Assembly: GCA_963695365.1 (NCBI GenBank)
Contig: OY968766.1
Location: 305,744 to 369,743, forward strand
DNA: 64,000 nt
Direction of reading: 5' to 3'
Origin: an uncultured bacterium
GTDB lineage: Bacteria > Babelota > Babeliae > Babelales > Babelaceae
Below are positions 55,037 to 62,793 of this stretch, piece by piece; position 1 is the first letter of the stretch, and each line of letters begins with the position of its first letter. A program made the position numbers and the translations under genes. The notes under the pieces are model-generated. The model was not told where the DNA came from and ran no database searches. It saw only the letters and a program-made list of their open reading frames with translations.

Positions 55037-56437
55037 TCAGACTTTGCTATCTCTGTGAGGCCTGCTGCTATGAACGGGTGATTCACAGAGCGCTTGTGAT
55101 AAGCAAGGTATGGGCTGATCCCATAAGCTGCGAAGTGAGAGCAATCGAATGCGTAGCTCTTCCGGGCGGCATCTGCCAGTTTTGGTAAGACGATAGACTT
55201 TTTTGCGGCTATGGTATGCGTTTATGAGAGCAGGAAAATCTTTTATATCTTTAAAAACTTTATTGACGCTGGTCTCGTGAAGACGACCATGCCCATTTTC
55301 ATAACCTGATGCTTCGATAAGCAAATTCTTTTTGAGGTCGCTTACAACAAGTACATGCCCTGAATACCACACCAAATCGCCTTCTTGTAGTGATTGTTCT
55401 TTTTTAAGATCTTTCAGTCCGCGTAAGAGTGCATGAGTATTTTTGAAATAGTAAGGCATACCTACAATCTGCGCAGCGCTTAGTACTAAGTTTGAACAAT
55501 CAAAACCATCAAGGGGTGCCTCATATTCCCCTAATCGCTGCCAATAGAGAAGCTTTTTTCCATTTTGTACACGGCGGGAAAGATAAAATCCCTGTGCAGG
55601 AGATTTGCCGCTAAAACTGCAGCCGCCATGAACATAGGGGATAATTTCTTGAGCAGAAGATTTTTTCGAAGATTTTTTCTTGGTACTTATATTGAGATTA
55701 GTGCGTTGTGGCTTTAGTACCTCTTTCTCCTGCTCGTGCTCTTGCTTTCCATGAACCCAGGCTCTTAAAAGATCAAGAAACGCGATGCGAGCTTGTTCAT
55801 AATCTCTTGGATAATCCACGCGGGCTACTTCTTTTGGAACAAATGAGATTTTTTCGATCAGATTTTTGGTGACTATGTAGACTGCGTAATGAGTTCTGGT
55901 ATCTTCTTTTTCAGAGCGAAGAAAGCGCGTACCAACGCTATACGTGGCTTTTGTTATCCCATCATACCAGGGCATGGTAAGCGTTAAGACATCCTTGTTA
56001 TAGAGCTCGGGACGGGATGCAAGATCTGTTGCTGGAGGTACATGCAGGTTTTTAGAAGTTAGTAGATCAAGTGGAGTAATGCATTTTTTTTGGATCCAAA
56101 ATGTACACCTACTTTTGCGACTTCCACGATAATAATAAAATGAGTCTGTATCACAATACGCTTCTTTATCAGTAAGTGCTATGACGTTGACCTGCTCATT
56201 TTTTTTAAGCTGATATAAGCGACAGACGAAAGCCGGAGGCGAGTCTGGAGAAAAGGGAATCTTTGTATAGTGAGTAACAAAGTTTGTCCGAGATGGAGAT
56301 AGTAATGGGTTTTTGACAGCATCGCATACCGGTACCATAACAACTGCTTTATAAGGCAACGTTGGTAATGCAATTGGTGATGCAATAAGAAGGTTGATAG
56401 TGAGTATGAGGGGTATGAGCTGTAATAGTATTATCAT
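55037..56437 (-). CDS. NlpC/P60 (C40) family peptidase-like protein with N-terminal anchor
   Basis: GFDCSNLVLSAAQIVGMPY ... GDLVWYSGHVLVVSD is the Cys/His core of NlpC/P60. Start trimmed to ATG 56437, because the track N-terminus runs into the GC-rich repeat. Confidence 0.75.
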   Translation of the reverse strand: MIILLQLIPLILTINLLIASPIALPTLPYKAVVMVPVCDAVKNPLLSPSRTNFVTHYTKIPFSPDSPPAFVCRLYQLKKNEQVNVIALTDKEAYCDTDSFYYYRGSRKSRCTFWIQKKCITPLDLLTSKNLHVPPATDLASRPELYNKDVLTLTMPWYDGITKATYSVGTRFLRSEKEDTRTHYAVYIVTKNLIEKISFVPKEVARVDYPRDYEQARIAFLDLLRAWVHGKQEHEQEKEVLKPQRTNLNISTKKKSSKKSSAQEIIPYVHGGCSFSGKSPAQGFYLSRRVQNGKKLLYWQRLGEYEAPLDGFDCSNLVLSAAQIVGMPYYFKNTHALLRGLKDLKKEQSLQEGDLVWYSGHVLVVSDLKKNLLIEASGYENGHGRLHETSVNKVFKDIKDFPALINAYHSRKKVYRLTKTGRCRPEELRIRLLSLRSLWDQPIPCLSQALCESPVHSSRPHRDSKV

Positions 56438-56473
56438 GATACTCTTAAGTATACTAAAAAAAAATATTCCTGA

Positions 56474-56770
56474 TTGCCCAACGCGGGCAGGCGGCAAGGC
56501 GGGCGCTTGTCCGCCCCCTTGGATCCCCGACCCCGTCGGCCGTCGCGAGGGCTATGGCGGGCTAAAGGCGCTCGCCGGCCTGCCCGACGAAGCTTTAGCG
56601 AAGGCGGGACAGCGCGCGGGAACGACTATTGGATTTACTTTATTATAGGAGTTTATCAGCCCGACCTCTCATCCCAGCTTACCGCCGTAGCTTGCCCAAA
56701 AGATGGGCGCTCAACTCGCTGCTGTTCGGACGCCGTGTCCGACAGCAGCTCAAACACTCGCGCCGATCAG
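56474..56770. repeat. GC-rich mosaic intergenic repeat, copy D (bipartite)
   Basis: Block 1 (56474-56625) has GGCTATGGCGG (56549-56559) and AGCTTTAGCGAAGGCGGGACAGCGC (56590-56614). By hand count, 89 of 120 nt are G/C in 56481-56600. A 30-nt AT-rich spacer follows. Block 2 (56656-56770) has an inverted GGGATGAGAGGTCGGG core and a 13-bp hairpin (56717-56748). Confidence 0.85.
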
Positions 56771-56832
56771 AAAACAAATAAAAAAGAGAATCAGCAAGAC
56801 CATTAATTGCGTGAGTTACTTGACAGATACAG

Positions 56833-57312
56833 CTAAATTGCCTCATTAATTAGATAGACATCATACGTAAGATAGCAGGCAATCGCAACCCAGAGGGCGT
56901 AGGGGAGAAGCCAAAGCGCAGCAGAACGAGAACGCTTCCATAAGAGAAATATGAGAATAATAAGTGTTGCTTCAAGAGCAACGGAGATCCCGAAAGCTCT
57001 ACCAATTTCATGACGCACGAAAAAGACATAGCTCCAACTAATGTTAAGAAACGCGTTGAGTATAAAAATCATGAGCGTACCATAAAAGAGCGCATCCCAA
57101 CTGCTCACGCGCCAAAATATAATGAGAGAAAAAATGGTGCACAAGCCTATGATTCCCCAGGCAACACGAAAAACCCACGTTGGTGGCGTAATAAGCGGAA
57201 GAAGCACTTCGTAATTATACCAGTGCATACCCTGTGCAGTAAGCACTCCACCAACCCATAATACGAGAAACACTAATCCCGGAATAATAAAATACTCTAA
57301 TCGTAGCTTCAT
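56833..57312 (-). CDS. tspO: TspO/MBR family tryptophan-rich sensory protein
   Basis: Five TM segments. PPTWVFRVAWGIIGL, NAFLNISWSYVFF and LPYALWVAIACYL are family patterns. Confidence 0.83.
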   Translation of the reverse strand: MKLRLEYFIIPGLVFLVLWVGGVLTAQGMHWYNYEVLLPLITPPTWVFRVAWGIIGLCTIFSLIIFWRVSSWDALFYGTLMIFILNAFLNISWSYVFFVRHEIGRAFGISVALEATLIILIFLLWKRSRSAALWLLPYALWVAIACYLTYDVYLINEAI

Positions 57313-57433
57313 AATAACTCCTGAGAATGTGGGCGCTTCTAGTATACCTTACCACAATACTGTAAACTAAGCATAGTAAAAGACAAAAAAACCAGCGGGA
57401 AGATGCCCGAGGGCACCAAGTCAAAGAAAGATT

Positions 57434-58081
57434 ATGATGGCAACAATCAGCACAACGCTTATCCTCATCTTAGCATTTCTTGTATCATTAACCGTACATG
57501 AGTTTTGCCATGCACTCGTTGCATATCTTTTAGGCGATGATACTGCCAAGCAGCAAGGTCGCCTTACGCTCAATCCCCTCGCGCACATAGATCCGATTGG
57601 CCTGCTTTTTCTAATACTCGTGCGCATAGGCTGGGCAAAACCAGTCCCCTTTAATCCACATAATTTTTCTCGACCACGTCTTTATTCGGTACTAGTCGGC
57701 CTTGCCGGCCCAGCGAGCAACTTTCTCCTGGCACTCTTTTTTATGTACGGCATGCGATATATTATCCCTGTACTTACCCCAACACTCATCCAACATAATT
57801 TTATAAGCATGGCATTCTTTTTGAAGAGTTTTTTTGAAGACTCCATTTGGATTAACGTCATGCTCGGACTCTTTAACCTCTTACCAATACCGCCACTCGA
57901 TGGCAGCCATATCATCTATGCTAACCTCCCAGAAAGCTGGAAGCCCTACTATAATAGGTTCCAGATCTTTTCGATCATTTTCCTCGTTATCTTACTCAAT
58001 ATACCGGCTTTTCAAATCGCTTTTAACGCGGCCATAATCTGGGTTGTTAAGGTGCTTCATTCTATCGTATTTAAATTTTAG
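57434..58081 (+). CDS. site-2 protease (M50) family metallopeptidase
   Basis: HEFCH zinc motif, GRLTLNPLAHIDPIG, and NLLPIPPLDGSH. Confidence 0.85.
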   Translation: MMATISTTLILILAFLVSLTVHEFCHALVAYLLGDDTAKQQGRLTLNPLAHIDPIGLLFLILVRIGWAKPVPFNPHNFSRPRLYSVLVGLAGPASNFLLALFFMYGMRYIIPVLTPTLIQHNFISMAFFLKSFFEDSIWINVMLGLFNLLPIPPLDGSHIIYANLPESWKPYYNRFQIFSIIFLVILLNIPAFQIAFNAAIIWVVKVLHSIVFKF

Positions 58082-58172
58082 TCTACAACCGTTTGAACTG
58101 CTGGCCGTTTGACCACGTGATCCCCAACCTTCGACGAAGGCATCAGCGGCATGCACCCAAGCGCGCGTAGCC
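58082..58172. repeat. short GC-rich element, probable member of the same repeat family (copy E)
   Basis: GATCCCCAACCTTCGACGAAGGC resembles GATCCCCGACCCCGTCGG and CGACGAAGC in copy D. The similarity is weaker than for the other copies. Confidence 0.4.
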
Positions 58173-58243
58173 CAAAAAAATTCCAACATTTATTGATTTC
58201 TCAAAAATCATGCGACTATACTGGTATAAAAAGGGAGATAGCC

Positions 58244-58816
58244 ATGAAAATAATATATTGCATATTCATAACATCGCTCGGTTCGTTCATCGCCGCGTCA
58301 TACACACCACTGCGCTACGAACGCTTTCTTGCGCAAAGCAAAGCAGCCTTACAAGCCCGAAAAAAAATTATCGAGCAACGACTACCATCTCTACGCGCAC
58401 ATCACCAAAAAGCATCGCAAGAAAAAAGTGGTTACGTCATTCCTCGCCCAGTAAAAAATTTTCAGGCGGTAATCGATGCAAGTGGCGCAACAATTAATAC
58501 ACTCGAAGCAACATTAAAAGATATTAACACACGCCTTGCCGGATTGGAGGAGCTTAAAAAAAATCTGCCTAAACTAACGATCAAAGATGCGAAGGCAGAA
58601 ACAGCCCTTCTTAAGAAAATGGCAGCCCAGGAAACAATCGCTGACATTGGTGAACAGCTCAATGAAATTGGACGCACTCAACAATTCGTAGAAAATTTAC
58701 CTGCGACAGAGGTCGATCCGAAAGCTCTCGCTGATCTTCGAAAACGATGGGCAGACGATCGATCCAAACTGCAAACGCGACTCAAACTTGAACAAGCAAT
58801 TACACAGGGACATTAA
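58244..58816 (+). CDS. secreted coiled-coil hypothetical protein
   Basis: Start trimmed to ATG 58244 (AAGGGAG upstream), giving MKIIYCIFITSLGSFIAA. The rest is K/E/Q/L-rich heptad-like sequence. Confidence 0.55.
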   Translation: MKIIYCIFITSLGSFIAASYTPLRYERFLAQSKAALQARKKIIEQRLPSLRAHHQKASQEKSGYVIPRPVKNFQAVIDASGATINTLEATLKDINTRLAGLEELKKNLPKLTIKDAKAETALLKKMAAQETIADIGEQLNEIGRTQQFVENLPATEVDPKALADLRKRWADDRSKLQTRLKLEQAITQGH

Positions 58817-58840
58817 AGAAAGTTGCTTTGAGATTAGGGC

Positions 58841-59671
58841 TTACGCAGCGCAGCGATAGTATCCTGCTCTGCTGATAATAAAACCCTCCTGCTCAAGCTC
58901 ATTGAGAATTCGTTCTATCAGCTTTTGCTCGCGCGGGATTGTTGCAAATAACTCATCCTCATGCATACGCGGCATTTGTGTGAGCATTTTGAGCACCATC
59001 CCTCTTACTTGTCTATCAGAACCTTCGAATTTTGATTGTGTGGCATAATGAACGCTCTTGCGACTGGGATTCGCGTGCATCTTTTTTAGCATTGTCCCGT
59101 AATCCATAAGAGCATAATACCACTCTCGTGGCTGCTCTCGATCAAGAGTCTGTTCCACCAATGGCCTAATATCTCGATCGTGAATCGCCGTTGCCTTTGG
59201 AAAAAAATGATGAATAAAAACTGCTCTGACGTTTGTTTCGATAAAAATCGTAGGACGATTCCAGGCGTATGCAACAATCGATGCTGCCGTTGCCGGACCA
59301 ATCCCCTTAAAAGTCTCGAGTATCTCTGGATCTGACGGAATATTCCCACCATATTCCTGCATTACCCGCTGTGCTCCTTGGTGCAGCGAAAGTGCACGTC
59401 GATTATATCCAAGCCCCTGCCATGCGGCGAGCACATCCCTTACCGGCGCAAGCGCTAAATCAGCAATCGTTGGAAACCGTTCAATCCATTGCGCGTATTT
59501 TATTTTGACTCGATCGACTTGTGTTTGTTGCAACATTATTTCTGAAACAACTATGTGATAGGGATCTGTTGTTTGGCGCCATGCCAGCTCCCGCTTATGC
59601 GCGTTATAGTACTCATATACTGTTGCGCGGAATTTTTTGCTTTGCGTAACCGACACTCTGTTTATCTTCAA
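58841..59671 (-). CDS. HhH-GPD base-excision glycosylase, MutY-like N-terminal domain with a wHTH-like tail, no Fe-S cysteines
   Basis: LAWRQTTDPYHIVVSEIMLQQTQVDRV...WQGLGYNRRA...LKGIGPATAASIVAYAW. Only one Cys in 276 aa. The start is non-ATG (TTG 59671 or GTG 59656). Confidence 0.78.
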   Translation of the reverse strand: MKINRVSVTQSKKFRATVYEYYNAHKRELAWRQTTDPYHIVVSEIMLQQTQVDRVKIKYAQWIERFPTIADLALAPVRDVLAAWQGLGYNRRALSLHQGAQRVMQEYGGNIPSDPEILETFKGIGPATAASIVAYAWNRPTIFIETNVRAVFIHHFFPKATAIHDRDIRPLVEQTLDREQPREWYYALMDYGTMLKKMHANPSRKSVHYATQSKFEGSDRQVRGMVLKMLTQMPRMHEDELFATIPREQKLIERILNELEQEGFIISRAGYYRCAA

Positions 59672-59707
59672 AGACAGCCCTTCAATATCCCTTAATCTGT
59701 GTTCCTA

Positions 59708-60032
59708 TTGGCGCGTTTGTCCGACCGGTATCCGGCGTTAGCCGGCACTGGGAGTTCACGCGCCTACTGAGCGGTCCAGCTGCAAGCTGCGCCCTCGTCC
59801 AGGGGTGGGCGTGCATCCCTGGCCCCGCGCGGATAGCGCAGGCCAATAAAAATTAGTTAAGTGTGCTTGCTCCCCGCACCTTCGATCCCTCGATACAATC
59901 CCTTCGGCACATTGGCCTCGGGATCACTCCAGCCGTCCCTCGATACAATCCCTTCGGCATATTGGCCTCGGGATCACTCGGGATGAGCGGGAGGGGCTAT
60001 GGCGGACAGGTCGGGATGAGCGGAGATCGCTA
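59708..60032. repeat. GC-rich mosaic intergenic repeat, copy F (bipartite, with an internal 50-bp tandem duplication)
   Basis: Block 1 (59708-59845) contains GCAAGCTGCGCCCTCGTCCAGGGG, which is inverted in copy A. Block 2 has CCCTCGATACAATCCCTTCGGCA.ATTGGCCTCGGGATCACTC twice (59887-59936, 59937-59979). This is followed by GGGATGAGCGG, GGCTATGGCGG (59995-60005) and GACAGGTCGGGATGAGCGG (60005-60023). Confidence 0.85.
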
Positions 60033-60055
60033 TCTCTGAAATATCCCGACACCCA

Positions 60056-62722
60056 TTAGTACCTACCAACTCTTACAAGCACAAAGCGATCCGAGTTCAA
60101 ATACTTCTTAACAACTTCCATCATATCCTGCTTCTTCAACCCCAAAATAAACTGTGCCCGCGTATCAAAATAATCGGCTGGTAAGTTAAACTTATCTTTA
60201 AAGAGGAAGGTCTGCGCCATCTGATAGTTCGAAGCAAAATTATCTACCAATGAATTAATAATCGCCTGCTGCGCTTCTTTAAATTCGTCATCGCTTACCT
60301 GTTGCGCCGCGGTATCAATAAGATGTTCAATTGCAACCTCAGCCTCTTTACGACGATCATTTGAAACGATCGTCCTAATAATTATAAGCCCTTTTTGCTC
60401 ATCGCTACGCGATAAGAGCGAGCCACCAATTGTATAAAAAAGCCCTGACTGTTCTCGTAAATCAAACAGCCGTGATGCCATCGACCCCAAAACCCCACCG
60501 GTAAAGGTCTGATCAAAAATCAACAAATAAGGGAAGTCCTTATCCATACGCGCAACGGAAAGCGCCGCATAACATAATACCGTTTGATCACGCAACACAG
60601 AATATGTAACATCATGTTTTTCAATCGGAACAATTTCCGGATAAGCAAATGGCTCAACCTGTGGCCCTTGCCATGAGCCTAATACAGAGTCAAAAATCGC
60701 GGGCAGGTTATACCGTTCGAGATCCCCTACAATTGCAAGGCGTGCACCCTTCGGGGTTATATACGTCTTATAAAAGTTCAGAATATCATCTCGGGAGATA
60801 GCTTTCACCGCACTGATCGTTCCTAAACCACTATTTCTGTATGGATGCCTCCCATAGACTTCTTCACGAGCAAGTTGCATACCAAATTGCTCGGGGGAAT
60901 CCCAAAATTCGTCCAAATCAGCAAGCATTTGATCACGAACCTTTTCAATAGCTTCTTCGGTAAATGATGCATGTACAAGCATTTCCTGAATAAGCTCTAA
61001 CCCTTTTGGTAAATCTGGGGCAAGCATACTCATAACTAATTTACCCGACGCACTTTGAATCGACATACCGTAGCTTTCAACGGTATCTGAAAACGTAAGC
61101 GCTGTGTAGTTTTTCGTGCCTTCTAATAATAGTGCTGCAACAAAAGAGCTCAATCCCTCCTTGCCAACTGGATCATAAACCTGATTTGCGGTAAATTCAA
61201 TAATGATATCGATCTTAGGTAATGTTGCATTATTATACCAGAGAACTTTTAATGCATTCTTTGGTACATAGAAGAGCTCCGAACGGGCAAACGTAAACGG
61301 CTTTGGAGGATGCACCACAACGCTTGGCGCATGCCGAACAGGCTCTACCCCCTCTTCCCTCACCTTGCGCGATAGAATGAGCTGATCTTCCTGATCAGAT
61401 TTTTCTTGTAATTGTAACCACAGTTGTTTATCAGACTCAGCAAGCGGCATCACGGAGCCCATGTGAGTTTGCGATGGCCTCATCCACTGGGCGATAAAAT
61501 CTTGTACCTCAGTGGCAAGATGGTCCTTTGGATAGGAAGTAAGCGTATAGAGGTACTGCTCATCGGCTGTTGCAAGATAGAACTTTCCAATTTCATAGGC
61601 TTGCTTTTGATTATTTTCTAATAAAGACAAATGTTCTGCTTCTTCTTGTTTAATGGCGCGCATCAACTCCCGCTCGGAAATTCCCGCAAGCGCTATATTT
61701 GCAAGCTCTTCGTGGATATGTGCGATAATTTTCTCGATGTGGGAAATCTTTTTTGGTTGGAAATAAAGAAAGAAGACTCCATAATCAAAAAGATCATAGT
61801 TAAATGCTTCAAGGTCGGTTGCAAGTTGCAGCTCATCAACAATCTTTTTATAGAGCCGTGAACCCTTACCTGAGCCTACCACCCAGTTTACAATATCGAT
61901 AAGATAGTCCTTCTTTGCTATTGCTCCGGGAACAACCCATGCGAGAATGACAAGCGGAGCTGTAATATCCCTATACAGCTTTACCGATTGGGTTTTGAGA
62001 TCTGATCCGTGATAGAAGATCTCTTTTTTAAACTCCCACTGAGGATGCAATCGTGCAAACTCATGCTCAGCCCGTTTTGCAGCATCTTCGGGATCTACAT
62101 CACCTACTATCACAAGCGTCGCATTGTTAGGTATATAGTACCTATGATAAAAGGAAACCAAAGAGTCTCGTTGTAGACTCCATAAATCCTGCTTATATCC
62201 AATAATGGGATTATGATACGGATGATCTGCAAATATGGCTGATGTCAGCGCCTCAACTATGCTTGATTTATAATCATCACGGTACATCTTTAACTCTTGA
62301 ATAACCGCTTTAAGCTCAGAATGTAGATGTTCTTCTTTAAAAACGCAGTTATGCATGCAGTCAGCAAGCAGGGGAAGGCCTTCATACCAATTTTGTGAAG
62401 GAAAATCAAAGAGATACCCGGTATAATCATACGATGTAAAGGCATTTGTATACCCTGACAACTTATGGGTAATCATATTAATATCGCTTTCAGAAAGCTT
62501 TCTCGTTCCCTTAAAGATCATATGCTCAATAAAATGAGCTATTCCTTTTTCTCCCGTCTTTTCATCTTTTGATCCAACATTATACCAAAGCTGTGTCGAC
62601 ACTTTCGGTGTCATGTGAGATGGCTTTATAAGGATTGTTAGACCATTTGAAAGAACACGTTTAATCACGGGAGACTGCATATAATGTACCACTGCTAAAG
62701 GGGGTGAAATGTTTTCATTCAA
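60056..62722 (-). CDS. M16 family zinc peptidase, double-length (two M16 halves)
   Basis: HFIEHMIFKGT (HxxEH) in the N-terminal half, with a second inactive-type M16 half. 888 aa from TTG 62722. ATG 62680 (MQSPVIKRVLSNGL) is an equally plausible start. Confidence 0.9.
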   Translation of the reverse strand: MNENISPPLAVVHYMQSPVIKRVLSNGLTILIKPSHMTPKVSTQLWYNVGSKDEKTGEKGIAHFIEHMIFKGTRKLSESDINMITHKLSGYTNAFTSYDYTGYLFDFPSQNWYEGLPLLADCMHNCVFKEEHLHSELKAVIQELKMYRDDYKSSIVEALTSAIFADHPYHNPIIGYKQDLWSLQRDSLVSFYHRYYIPNNATLVIVGDVDPEDAAKRAEHEFARLHPQWEFKKEIFYHGSDLKTQSVKLYRDITAPLVILAWVVPGAIAKKDYLIDIVNWVVGSGKGSRLYKKIVDELQLATDLEAFNYDLFDYGVFFLYFQPKKISHIEKIIAHIHEELANIALAGISERELMRAIKQEEAEHLSLLENNQKQAYEIGKFYLATADEQYLYTLTSYPKDHLATEVQDFIAQWMRPSQTHMGSVMPLAESDKQLWLQLQEKSDQEDQLILSRKVREEGVEPVRHAPSVVVHPPKPFTFARSELFYVPKNALKVLWYNNATLPKIDIIIEFTANQVYDPVGKEGLSSFVAALLLEGTKNYTALTFSDTVESYGMSIQSASGKLVMSMLAPDLPKGLELIQEMLVHASFTEEAIEKVRDQMLADLDEFWDSPEQFGMQLAREEVYGRHPYRNSGLGTISAVKAISRDDILNFYKTYITPKGARLAIVGDLERYNLPAIFDSVLGSWQGPQVEPFAYPEIVPIEKHDVTYSVLRDQTVLCYAALSVARMDKDFPYLLIFDQTFTGGVLGSMASRLFDLREQSGLFYTIGGSLLSRSDEQKGLIIIRTIVSNDRRKEAEVAIEHLIDTAAQQVSDDEFKEAQQAIINSLVDNFASNYQMAQTFLFKDKFNLPADYFDTRAQFILGLKKQDMMEVVKKYLNSDRFVLVRVGRY

Positions 62723-62793
62723 GATAGACTAATTTTGGATATTTTTCAATTTCTTGTCTATACTTACAGAAACAATGTAAAAATAATAAGTGT

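Noticed and set aside
56394-56806. Track ORFs 56394-56648 and 56474-56806 (Arg/Gly/Pro/Ala-rich)
   Set aside because: They exist only because the GC-rich repeat lacks stop codons. The same applies to 7850-8059 and 27269-27463 in copies A and C, and to the N-terminal extension of the NlpC/P60 ORF (56438-56497).
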